Assembly: GCA_016188865.1 (NCBI GenBank)
Contig: JACPGX010000001.1
Coordinates: 77,197 to 141,196 of the forward strand
Length of the DNA stretch: 64,000 nt
Direction of reading: 5' to 3'
Origin: Candidatus Nealsonbacteria bacterium
GTDB taxonomy: Bacteria > Patescibacteriota > Minisyncoccia > Minisyncoccales > MHMH01
Within the stretch, counting starts at the first letter, position 1; each line of letters starts with the position of its first letter. The translations under genes were made by a program, and so were the position numbers. This document shows positions 39,121-47,833 of this stretch, piece by piece. The notes beneath the pieces are model-generated. The model was not told where the DNA came from, did not search any database, and was given only the letters and a program-made list of their open reading frames with translations.

Positions 39121-41470
39121 GACACCTTTTATATTTTTTCCCTGAACCGCACGGACAAGGGTCGTTTCTGCCCGCCTTTTGACTGTTGGACTTACGAAAT
39201 CCAACGGTACCGTTGGATTTCGTAAGTCCAACATCTTGCGGCTTAAGAGAAACTCGTAAAATTGTTTCGGCTATATTGGATTCAATGGTATCCAATAATG
39301 TTTTAAACATTCTGTGACCTTCGGTTTTGTATTCAACTAAGGGATCGCGTTGGCCGTAAGCCCGAAGGCGGACGGAATCGCGCAAGGCCTCCATCTCTTC
39401 CAAATGATTCATCCAAAGCATATCTAATGTCCTCAAAGCGACTATTTTAGCGACTTGATTAAAATTTTCGCCTAATTCTTTTACTTTTTCTTCGCAACCT
39501 TTAAGTTTTTCTTTCCAATCTTCTACTCGAAGAAACTCTTTTCTTTTTTTATAAATAACTTCTCGGTGTTTATTCAAAACATCGTCGTAATCCAAAAGGT
39601 GTTTTCTTAAATCAAAATTCAGACCTTCAATTTTTGACTGGGCCGATTCTATAGCGCCGGAAATCATACCCGCCTCAATGGGCTGATCTTCAGGGATTTT
39701 TAAAACATTCATCAATGATTTTATTTTCTCTCCCCCGAAAATCCGCATAACATCATCTTCTAGAGAAATGAAAAACTGGGAAGAACCCGGGTCTCCCTGC
39801 CTGCCCGATCTGCCGCGAAGCTGATTATCAATGCGCCTTGCTTCATGGCGCTCGGTGCCAATAACATGAAGGCCTCCCGATTCTCTGACCATTCGACTTC
39901 GCTCGGGGTTATCTTCGGGGTTGCCTCCGAGTATAATATCCACTCCTCGGCCTGCCATATTTGTGGCAATAGTTACGGCCCCTAATTTTCCTGCTTGAGC
40001 GATAATTTCTCCTTCTTTTTCATGATTTTTAGCATTCAAAATCTGGTGAGATACTCCTTCTATGTTTAAAAGCTTTCCCAAGTATTCATTTTTTTCAATC
40101 GAAGTAGTGCCCACCAAAACCGGCTGGCCATTTTCGTGCCTTTCTTTTATTGCTCTGACTACTGCCTTAAACTTTCCTTCTTCTGTTTTGTAAATTCTGT
40201 CGGGCAATTCTTTTCTAATCATCGGCTTATTGGTAGGAACTGCGATAAGATCCAGGTTATAAACTTTATCAAATTCTTCAGCCGAAGTAGCGGCAGTGCC
40301 GGTCATGCCAGCCAATTTCTTATACATCCTGAAATAATTCTGAAAAGTAATAGAGGCTAAGGTTAAAGATTCCGGCTGAACCGCAACCCCCTCTTTCGCC
40401 TCGACTGCCTGATGCAGCCCGCCCGACCATCGACGACCGGGCATTAGTCTGCCCGTAAACTCGTCAACAATAATCACCTCTCCGCTCTGGACCACGTAAT
40501 CCCTGTCCTTTTTGAACATCACTTCCGCCCTTAGGGCCTGCTCCAAATGATGAACGTATTTTATGCCTTTTTCTTCATATATATTTTCTTGACCCAAAAT
40601 CTTTTCTATCTTGCCAATCCCTTGCTCGGTTAAAGTAACTGCTTTCATTTTCTCGTCAATCTCGTAATCAGTTTTAGAATCTAATTTAGGAATAATTTTA
40701 GAAAATTCCTGATACCATTTTGATGATTCCGTGTCGGGAGCCGAAATTATCAACGGAGTTCTGGCCTCATCGATTAAAATAGAATCAACCTCGTCAACGA
40801 TTGCATAATTAAACCCGCGCTGGACCTGCTGATTTAAATCATAAGCCATATTGTCTCTTAAATAATCAAACCCGAACTCGTTATTGGTGCCGTAAGTAAT
40901 ATCAGCCGCATATGCATCTTTCCTGGAGCATGGCCTCAAATAATCATCAATAACTTTGAATCCGCCAAGCGCATCTCTTTCTTTGTCCTTATTGGAGTCA
41001 GGGTCATACACATATGAAGCATCATGGATGATACAGCCCGTTGATAATCCTAATGCATGATAAATTTGTCCCATCCAGACAGCGTCTCTTTTAGCTAAAT
41101 AATCGTTAACGGTAACAACATGTACTCCCTCGCCTCCCAGGGCATTCAAATAAATAGGCAAAGTTGCTGTTAGAGTTTTCCCTTCTCCAGTTTTCATTTC
41201 AGCAATCTTGCCTTCGTGCAAAACCATTCCGCCAATTAACTGCACATCAAAATGCCGCTGATTGAGCGTTCTTTTTGCCGCCTCCCTTACAAGCGCAAAC
41301 GCCCTCTCTAAGTTAATCGCTTGACGAAGTTTATCGGTCTCCCCTTTAAGCTGCTCAGCGGAAAAACCTTCAAATTCTTTTTCGAAGCTGTTTATCCTAT
41401 CAACCGCCGGCTGAAGTTTTTTCACATATTTTTCATTGGCATCGCCAAAAATTTTATTTAAAATTGGCAT
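39110..41470 (-). CDS. secA: Preprotein translocase SecA
   Basis: MKTGEGKT, IVDEVD, ATNMAGRG, GRNDPCPCGSGKKYKRCHG. Confidence 0.98.
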   Translation of the reverse strand: MPILNKIFGDANEKYVKKLQPAVDRINSFEKEFEGFSAEQLKGETDKLRQAINLERAFALVREAAKRTLNQRHFDVQLIGGMVLHEGKIAEMKTGEGKTLTATLPIYLNALGGEGVHVVTVNDYLAKRDAVWMGQIYHALGLSTGCIIHDASYVYDPDSNKDKERDALGGFKVIDDYLRPCSRKDAYAADITYGTNNEFGFDYLRDNMAYDLNQQVQRGFNYAIVDEVDSILIDEARTPLIISAPDTESSKWYQEFSKIIPKLDSKTDYEIDEKMKAVTLTEQGIGKIEKILGQENIYEEKGIKYVHHLEQALRAEVMFKKDRDYVVQSGEVIIVDEFTGRLMPGRRWSGGLHQAVEAKEGVAVQPESLTLASITFQNYFRMYKKLAGMTGTAATSAEEFDKVYNLDLIAVPTNKPMIRKELPDRIYKTEEGKFKAVVRAIKERHENGQPVLVGTTSIEKNEYLGKLLNIEGVSHQILNAKNHEKEGEIIAQAGKLGAVTIATNMAGRGVDIILGGNPEDNPERSRMVRESGGLHVIGTERHEARRIDNQLRGRSGRQGDPGSSQFFISLEDDVMRIFGGEKIKSLMNVLKIPEDQPIEAGMISGAIESAQSKIEGLNFDLRKHLLDYDDVLNKHREVIYKKRKEFLRVEDWKEKLKGCEEKVKELGENFNQVAKIVALRTLDMLWMNHLEEMEALRDSVRLRAYGQRDPLVEYKTEGHRMFKTLLDTIESNIAETILRVSLKPQDVGLTKSNGTVGFRKSNSQKAGRNDPCPCGSGKKYKRCHGK
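39184..39233. repeat. Perfect 50-bp palindrome inside secA
   Basis: TGTTGGACTTACGAAATCCAACGGT followed by its exact reverse complement. Confidence 0.9.
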
Positions 41471-42617
41471 ATATATTCTTCTTTACTTCGTCATATATTT
41501 TTTTAATAGGGACTAATTTTTTAATTGCGGCATTCTTACAATCTTCGTACTCTGGCGAAATGGTTTTAATTTTCCCTTTATATTTTCCGACTTTGACATT
41601 AATCGGGCCGTATCTAGTTATAATTTTTTTAAATTTTCTGTCTAGGCAAACCCTAGAAATTCTATTAACTCTTACTCCGAAAGTAGTGGTTTCGTCAAAA
41701 ATTATTTCAATTAATTTGTTTTTTATTTTCTCCTCGCAAATTGCTGTCAATAGGGTTCCTAAACGATTTTTTTTCATTATTATGGGTTGAATAAAAGCTT
41801 CTCTGGCTCCCGCTTTAATCAATCTATCAATAACAAAAGCATAGAATTGCGGATTCATATCGTCTATATTTGTTTCTAAAATCATTAATTTATCTTTTTC
41901 CATCTTGGTGGTTCCAAGTATAATTTCTAAAACATTGGGTATCTTTAAATTTCTTTTACCGGCTCCGTAGCCTTTTTTAATTACTTTAATATCTATGTCA
42001 TCTACAAATTCATCGACGATAGTTTTAAGTATAGCTGCGCCGGTCGGAGTAATCAACTCTTTATTTATATTCAAAACAGTTATCGGAACTTCCCCTGTCA
42101 ACTCCCTAACGGCCGGGACCGGCAGTGAAGTAACGCCATGCGAAAACTTAATTATTCCCCTGCCTTCGCTTAATCTAGAAGCATATATTTTAAGCGGTTT
42201 TAATTTATTTATTAAAATAGCGCTTGAAACAATATCTATAATTGAATCGATGGCTCCCACTTCATGAAAATGAATTTCCCTAATGCCGATTTTATGGACT
42301 TTTGCTTCTGCCTTTGCTAAATTTAAAAATATTTTTTGGCTAAGCTGTTTTATTTCTCGGCTTAAAAAGCTCTGGCCAATAATTTTATAAATATCATCAA
42401 GCGTCCTTTCTCTTTTCTCCTTTTTAGCATTAACAATAAATCTAAGAGCGCTTATCCCATTTTTATTAATTCTTTTAATCTCAATCCGATGATTTTTCAA
42501 TCCTAACTTATCCAACTCCTTAATGAACCAACTTTTATCAGTCCATAAATCCAGCAAAGCAGCGACAATCATGTCTCCCGCGGCTCCGGATTGACAATTA
42601 AAATAAAGAACTCGCAT
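41454..42617 (-). CDS. larC: Nickel-pincer cofactor nickel insertase LarC; start at MRVLYF
   Basis: SGAAGDM, HFHEVGAIDSIIDIV, ELITPTGAA, ETNIDDM, MKKNR, ETTTFGVR, PEYEDC. Confidence 0.92.
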   Translation of the reverse strand: MRVLYFNCQSGAAGDMIVAALLDLWTDKSWFIKELDKLGLKNHRIEIKRINKNGISALRFIVNAKKEKRERTLDDIYKIIGQSFLSREIKQLSQKIFLNLAKAEAKVHKIGIREIHFHEVGAIDSIIDIVSSAILINKLKPLKIYASRLSEGRGIIKFSHGVTSLPVPAVRELTGEVPITVLNINKELITPTGAAILKTIVDEFVDDIDIKVIKKGYGAGKRNLKIPNVLEIILGTTKMEKDKLMILETNIDDMNPQFYAFVIDRLIKAGAREAFIQPIIMKKNRLGTLLTAICEEKIKNKLIEIIFDETTTFGVRVNRISRVCLDRKFKKIITRYGPINVKVGKYKGKIKTISPEYEDCKNAAIKKLVPIKKIYDEVKKNIYANFK

Positions 42618-42618
42618 T

Positions 42619-43359
42619 CTATTTATTGATGAGGCTAGCCAAGTAGCCTGCTCCGAAACCATTATCAATATTTACTACTGCCACTCCCGGAGAACAGCTA
42701 TTAAGCATGGCTAAAAGAGGGGTAATACCTTCAAAGCTTGCTCCATAACCACAACTTGTGGGAACGGCAATAACGGCCTTGTCGGTTAAGCCAGCTACTA
42801 CGCTGGGCAAAGCTCCTTCCATGCCCGCAACAACGATTATTACGGAACTTTTAGAAATTTTATCTAAATTAGCAAAAAGTCTATGGATTCCGGCGACCCC
42901 CACATCGTAGACATTCTCAACTTTATTGCCAAATAATTCTGCAGTTACCGCCGCCTCTTCAGCCACCGGAATATCGGATGTGCCAGCTGCCAAAATGAGA
43001 ATTTTCCCTTTTCTTGTTTTTATTACCCCGTTTTTAATAACAATGGTCTTAGCCAGCTTGTTATAATAACTTTTAGGATATTTTTCTTTGATTGCCTTAA
43101 AAACGTCTTCGCTGGTTTTGGTAATTAAAACATTACCGTATCTGGCCATTTCTTCTGAAATTTTTAAAATCTGGTCTTTAGTTTTCCCTTTGCCAAAAAT
43201 AGTTTCAGGAAAACCCCGCCTCAAAGCCCGATGATGATCTATCTTTGCAAAGCTTAAATCCTTAAAGGGCAAAGATTTTAAATATCGAAAAACTTCTTTT
43301 TCGGAAATTTCCCCCGCCCTAAAATCTTTTAAAATTTTTTTAATTGCTTTTGGAGTCAT
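42619..43359 (-). CDS. larB: NaAD carboxylase/hydrolase LarB
   Basis: DHHR..RRGFPE, AGTSDIPVAEEA, DVGVAGIHRL, AGMEGAL, VVNIDNGFGA. Confidence 0.95.
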   Translation of the reverse strand: MTPKAIKKILKDFRAGEISEKEVFRYLKSLPFKDLSFAKIDHHRALRRGFPETIFGKGKTKDQILKISEEMARYGNVLITKTSEDVFKAIKEKYPKSYYNKLAKTIVIKNGVIKTRKGKILILAAGTSDIPVAEEAAVTAELFGNKVENVYDVGVAGIHRLFANLDKISKSSVIIVVAGMEGALPSVVAGLTDKAVIAVPTSCGYGASFEGITPLLAMLNSCSPGVAVVNIDNGFGAGYLASLINK

Positions 43360-44158
43360 TGTTTAAAACTTCGTTAAGAGAGCCAGTTCTGTAGCCGCCC
43401 AAATCCACGGTTACAAAAGTAAACCCCAGGCCTTTAAGTTTTTTGTTTATTTCCTGCGAATGTTTTATAACCAAGGGCAGATATTCGGGGACAGTTTCGA
43501 TCCTGGCAATTTCTTTATGATTTCTCACTCTCAAAATATTAATTCCCAATTTTTTTAAAAACACCTCTGCCTCGGCAACTTTTTTTAATTCTTTTTCCGT
43601 AATTTCAATTCCGTAAGGAATCCTGGAAGCCAAACAAGCCTGCGACGGCTTTGACCACGTGGGAAGTCCTAGTTTTTTAGAAAATAATCTAATTTCTTCT
43701 TTAGTGAGACCAACTTCAGCCAAAGGAGATTTTACGCCCAATTCCTTAGCTGCTTTTCGTCCCGGCCTATAATCTTTTAAATCATCAAAATTAGATGCAT
43801 CTAAAACATATCTAATTTTTTTGTTTTCTGCTATTTTTTTTAACTCTGAAAACAGCTCTCCTTTGCAGAAATAACAGCGAATCGGAGGATTTTTATAAAA
43901 ATTTTTCTTTTTAAGTTCTTGGGTCGCAATAATTTGGTGATTAACTCCGATCATTTTTGCCAAACTTTTTGCTTCTTTTAATTCGCTTTCCGGGTAAGTT
44001 TCCGAAGTGGCGGTAACCGCCAAAACCCTGCTGCCCAGCACGTCATAAGCTACTTTAACCAAAAAAGTGCTGTCTACCCCACCCGAAAAAGCAATGGCTG
44101 CCGAACCCATTGCTTTTAAATTATTTTTTAAATTCTCAAGTTTCTGATCAGACGACAT
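43340..44158 (-). CDS. larE: ATP-dependent sulfur transferase LarE
   Basis: AFSGGVDS PP-loop, RCYFCK, DYRPG, CLASRIPYG. Confidence 0.93.
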   Translation of the reverse strand: MSSDQKLENLKNNLKAMGSAAIAFSGGVDSTFLVKVAYDVLGSRVLAVTATSETYPESELKEAKSLAKMIGVNHQIIATQELKKKNFYKNPPIRCYFCKGELFSELKKIAENKKIRYVLDASNFDDLKDYRPGRKAAKELGVKSPLAEVGLTKEEIRLFSKKLGLPTWSKPSQACLASRIPYGIEITEKELKKVAEAEVFLKKLGINILRVRNHKEIARIETVPEYLPLVIKHSQEINKKLKGLGFTFVTVDLGGYRTGSLNEVLNNDSKSN

Positions 44159-45014
44159 AACTTATTATTTTATAAACTAATTTAGCGGCTAAAAAGTCAG
44201 GCGCATGCAGGCCGGCAGTGGGAGCCAGCTCAACCACATCGGCTCCAATAATTCTCCTTTTCTTAGACAGTTGCTTAATTAAACCAAGCACATCGTACCA
44301 GCCGAGGCCGCCGGGCTCAGGTGTCCCGACCGAAGGCATAATTGAGGGGTCTAGGCCGTCTAAATCAATGGTTAAATAAACATTCTTTTTAAGAGTAGCA
44401 ATAATTTTATTTATAGGCAATTCGGGGGCTGGAAAAATTGTTTTAATCTTTGCCTTTTTAACATAATTTGCATCTTCTTCGGAAATGCTTCTCAAGCCGA
44501 CCTGCGTAACGGGAATACCCAATTCTCTAATCCGTCTCATAACTGAACCATGGTGATATTCAGAATTCTCATACAAATTTCTTAAGTCGGCATGGGCGTC
44601 TATCTGCAAAACCGAAAAATCAGCAAAGTTATTCTTGAAGCTCATAACCGACCCCAGTGTAATGGAATGCTCGCCGCCTAACATCATTAAAAACTTTTTG
44701 TCTTTTAGTATCTTATCAACAACTTTTTTTATCCTAAAAACAGTTTCTTTTGGAGAATCTTTTGACGGCTCTAACGGCTCTAATGTAAAAATGCCTTTTT
44801 TTGAGGGATCTTTGCCGCTTTCAATATCGTAGAGCTCCATGTGGCGAGAGGCCTCAATTATGGCTTGCGGTCCCTCATTAGTCCCAGTTTTCCAGCAAGT
44901 GGTGGAACTGTAAGGTACGGGGAAAACAACCACTTTGGCAATTTTATAATTCTGTTCGTCAAGCCCCATAAAATTAAAGGGCTCCAATTTTGGATAATGA
45001 AAAAAATCTTGCAT
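44148..45014 (-). CDS. speB: Agmatinase
   Basis: GGEHS, DAHAD, DLDGLDPS..P.VGTPEPGG. Confidence 0.92.
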   Translation of the reverse strand: MQDFFHYPKLEPFNFMGLDEQNYKIAKVVVFPVPYSSTTCWKTGTNEGPQAIIEASRHMELYDIESGKDPSKKGIFTLEPLEPSKDSPKETVFRIKKVVDKILKDKKFLMMLGGEHSITLGSVMSFKNNFADFSVLQIDAHADLRNLYENSEYHHGSVMRRIRELGIPVTQVGLRSISEEDANYVKKAKIKTIFPAPELPINKIIATLKKNVYLTIDLDGLDPSIMPSVGTPEPGGLGWYDVLGLIKQLSKKRRIIGADVVELAPTAGLHAPDFLAAKLVYKIISYVV

Positions 45015-45032
45015 AGATATTTACGATATTTG

Positions 45033-45047
45033 GGAGGTCGGACCTCC
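45033..45047. repeat. Single REP palindrome
   Basis: GGAGGT-CGG-ACCTCC. Confidence 0.75.
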
Positions 45048-45075
45048 AGATATTATCGAATTTCGGAAATCATTA

Positions 45076-46206
45076 TTACTCTTGATGTTTTTTATAAAGT
45101 TCGTCGGCTGTCCAAGTAATCGGCTTTTTCTGGGCTTCTTTTTTTAAATCATTCATTAATTTCTCACGCCTCAAATAAAGATTTTTCTGCTTGCGCATTT
45201 TTGCTTTCTCTAAAGCATAACTGAATAAAATTGGCACAGCTAAAGTAATGTCCGAATAAACCACTACGGTATTTTTTAATTCATTGGGATTGATTTTGCC
45301 CCACGATACAGCCTCCTGCGGAGTAGCTCCCGAAAGCCCACCCCACTGGGGACTGTCCATTGTGATTTGTATGAAATAATCGTGGCCGCCTTTTTCAACT
45401 CCCAGGCATTCCCACAAGAATGGCTGTGTCTGCATATAGAAATTTTTAGGAGAACCGCCGCCCAAAAGTATGGCGCCATTTTGCTTGGCTCCCATAACTA
45501 TAGCTGTCGTTTCCAAAACATCTAAATTAGGATTTATATGCAAATTTATCGAACCCAGTCTTTTTAAATCAGTGCTGAAATTGGCCAAATCCATGCCGTA
45601 AGTGCTGTCTCCGGGCGAAGAAGTATAAACGGGAATATTATATTTTGCTGCCTGCGCCAAAATGGAAATTTCCGGATTGGGAGCGTCTCTCAAAAGACAC
45701 CTGCCTATATAATTATGAAATTCCGCGGAAGAAATAGCTCCCCTGGGCGCTGATTTCGCAAGCAATATCTTTTGGGTGAATTTATCGGTGCTTAATAAAG
45801 TATCAGCAGTCAAAAATACATCGTAGATCCTCACGACCCCATGTTTATATAGGGTGGTATCGTCAATTTGATGCGTGCCTTTATGCAGGGGAAAATTTAA
45901 AGCAAAATGGGTGTCGTGATAAAGATTGGCTCCCGTGGCAATAATAAAGTCAATAAAACCTCTTTCCATCATTGAAACTATTTGTCCCGACATTCCGGCA
46001 GGGGTTATCGCGCCTGCTAAAGTAATACCAATAGTTACATCATTTTGGGGGGACAGCATTTTTTCAACTAAAAGCCGGCAAGCTTCGCTTAGTCTTGCCG
46101 AATTATATGCCTGATAGTAATTCTCAACTAATTCAGAAACTTTTAATCCCTTTTTTAATTTACCGGCGAAAATCTTTTTGCCGGAAAGAAATCTATTTTT
46201 CATCAT
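45076..46206 (-). CDS. Deoxyhypusine synthase-like protein (probable homospermidine synthase)
   Basis: TGANLYHD, GGGSPKN, GGLSGATPQEAVSWGK with the catalytic Lys. Confidence 0.88.
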   Translation of the reverse strand: MMKNRFLSGKKIFAGKLKKGLKVSELVENYYQAYNSARLSEACRLLVEKMLSPQNDVTIGITLAGAITPAGMSGQIVSMMERGFIDFIIATGANLYHDTHFALNFPLHKGTHQIDDTTLYKHGVVRIYDVFLTADTLLSTDKFTQKILLAKSAPRGAISSAEFHNYIGRCLLRDAPNPEISILAQAAKYNIPVYTSSPGDSTYGMDLANFSTDLKRLGSINLHINPNLDVLETTAIVMGAKQNGAILLGGGSPKNFYMQTQPFLWECLGVEKGGHDYFIQITMDSPQWGGLSGATPQEAVSWGKINPNELKNTVVVYSDITLAVPILFSYALEKAKMRKQKNLYLRREKLMNDLKKEAQKKPITWTADELYKKHQE

Positions 46207-46208
46207 AC

Positions 46209-46751
46209 TTATGGTACAAACACGGCGGCTGCTACCACCGAAGTCCAACGGCCGTCTTTATTCCCTCTGGCTGTTTGCGTAACATTAGTAGTGCGAACTA
46301 TTTTACCAGATAATCTAAATGCCTGACGCCTCGAGTCCCATGCTTCTTCCGTGTTGAATTTCAAACCTAAAGTAGTGGCCAGCATCGAAGCTGCCAAATC
46401 TTCCGCGTAATCCCCAGCTTTCTCTCTAGTCTCTCCCATCGGATGATGCTCAGAAAGATAACCATATCGTTTGTTATTTGCCGGCACTGCGCAGCCGATA
46501 GAAGCTGCAATTAATCTATTCGGCTCATCGGTATGATTTCTTGCCAAAACCACGAAAACAATTTCACCTGGTTTCAACAACTCTAATCCTTTTTGCCAGG
46601 TAATTTTTTTACAACTGGGCGGCAAAATGCTGGATACGGAAACTAAATTAAAGGGGGCCAAACCTGCATCCCTTAAAGCCGCCTCAAACGAAGACAATTG
46701 ATCTTTATGAACCCCCACTCCCGAAGTGAGGAAAAATTTTGTCGGAATCAT
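46209..46751 (-). CDS. pdaD: Pyruvoyl-dependent arginine decarboxylase
   Basis: SFEAALRDAG, NLVSVSSILPP (Ser-Ser cleavage site), YGYLSEHH. Confidence 0.92.
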   Translation of the reverse strand: MIPTKFFLTSGVGVHKDQLSSFEAALRDAGLAPFNLVSVSSILPPSCKKITWQKGLELLKPGEIVFVVLARNHTDEPNRLIAASIGCAVPANNKRYGYLSEHHPMGETREKAGDYAEDLAASMLATTLGLKFNTEEAWDSRRQAFRLSGKIVRTTNVTQTARGNKDGRWTSVVAAAVFVP

Positions 46752-46788
46752 AATAATTATTTTATTATTTCATTATAAAAAAACAGTG

Positions 46789-47676
46789 TCAAGATAAAAT
46801 TTGAATTTCTTCCTCAATTTCAATTCTGAATTTATTTTTAACTTCTTTTTTTACCAGATCAATTAATTTTAAAACATCTTTTGCTTTAGCCCCGCCAAGA
46901 TTAACAATAAAATTAGCATGCTGTTCGGAAATCTGCGCCTTGCCTATTATTTTCCCCTTAAGACTGGCTTTTTCAATTAAATCGCGGGCTCTTGCGTTTT
47001 CTAAATTTTTAAAGATACTGCCAGCCGAAGAATACTTAGGATGACTGCTTCTCCTGTAATTCAAAATTTCTTTTACTTTATTTTTAATTTCCTCTTTATC
47101 GCCTTTTTTAAATTCCAATTCCGCAGAAAGAATTATTAAATTAGAATTTTTCTTAAAAATACTATCTCTGTAGCCAAACTGGCAGTCTTCATTATTGAAT
47201 TTTCGAATTTCGAATTTCGAATTTCGAATTTCCAAAACTGTTACAGTTTTGGTGATATCTTTCATTTCTGTCCCAAAGGCTCCGGCATTTCCCCTAATCG
47301 CCCCTCCCACTGTTGCTCCCGGAATGCCAGTAGCCCACTCCATGCCCGAAAGACTAGCGTTAGCAGTAGCACTCACTAATTTAGCCAAAGTTACCCCGGC
47401 GCCAGCGATTACTTTGCAAATTTTTCCTGCCTGCCGGCGGGCAGAAATTTTTAATTTACAATTTTCAATTTTTATAACTAACCCATTATAGCCATTGTCA
47501 GAAACCAACAAATTGCTTCCACCGCCTAAAATAAAAAAGGTGGTTTTGTTTTTTTGGGCAAAATTGATTGCCTTAATTAAATCTTCTTTACTTTTCGCAA
47601 TACAAAAATATTCAGCCGGCCCACCAATTCGAAAAGTTGTGTAGTTTTTCAGCAAAACATTCTTCTGAATTTTCAT
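46789..47676 (-). CDS. murB: UDP-N-acetylenolpyruvoylglucosamine reductase
   Basis: TTFRIGGPA, GGGSNLL, NAGAFG, SAGSIFKN, HANF. Confidence 0.95.
   Translation of the reverse strand: MKIQKNVLLKNYTTFRIGGPAEYFCIAKSKEDLIKAINFAQKNKTTFFILGGGSNLLVSDNGYNGLVIKIENCKLKISARRQAGKICKVIAGAGVTLAKLVSATANASLSGMEWATGIPGATVGGAIRGNAGAFGTEMKDITKTVTVLEIRNSKFEIRKFNNEDCQFGYRDSIFKKNSNLIILSAELEFKKGDKEEIKNKVKEILNYRRSSHPKYSSAGSIFKNLENARARDLIEKASLKGKIIGKAQISEQHANFIVNLGGAKAKDVLKLIDLVKKEVKNKFRIEIEEEIQILS
47201..47228. repeat. (TTTCGAA)4 tandem heptamer inside murB
   Basis: Four exact copies encoding EIRNSKFEIRK. Confidence 0.9.
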
Positions 47677-47833
47677 GATTAAAAGGAATTTAAATGGGCG
47701 GGAAAAAACTCCAATTCAAAGAATTTAGTGAGTATCCCGCCCAATTACTATAATACCATACGTAAAAAAATAAAGCAAAAGGCCTCGCTCGAGGGAGGCC
47801 TGTTGCCGAATTGGAGTTTGCACTAAACTCTAT

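Noticed and set aside
39121..39234. Long N-terminal extensions of ORF-track calls (YqfO-like; also larC, DHS-like, RAYT, cyclase)
   Set aside because: They overlap upstream genes or repeats; downstream ATGs match the family N-termini
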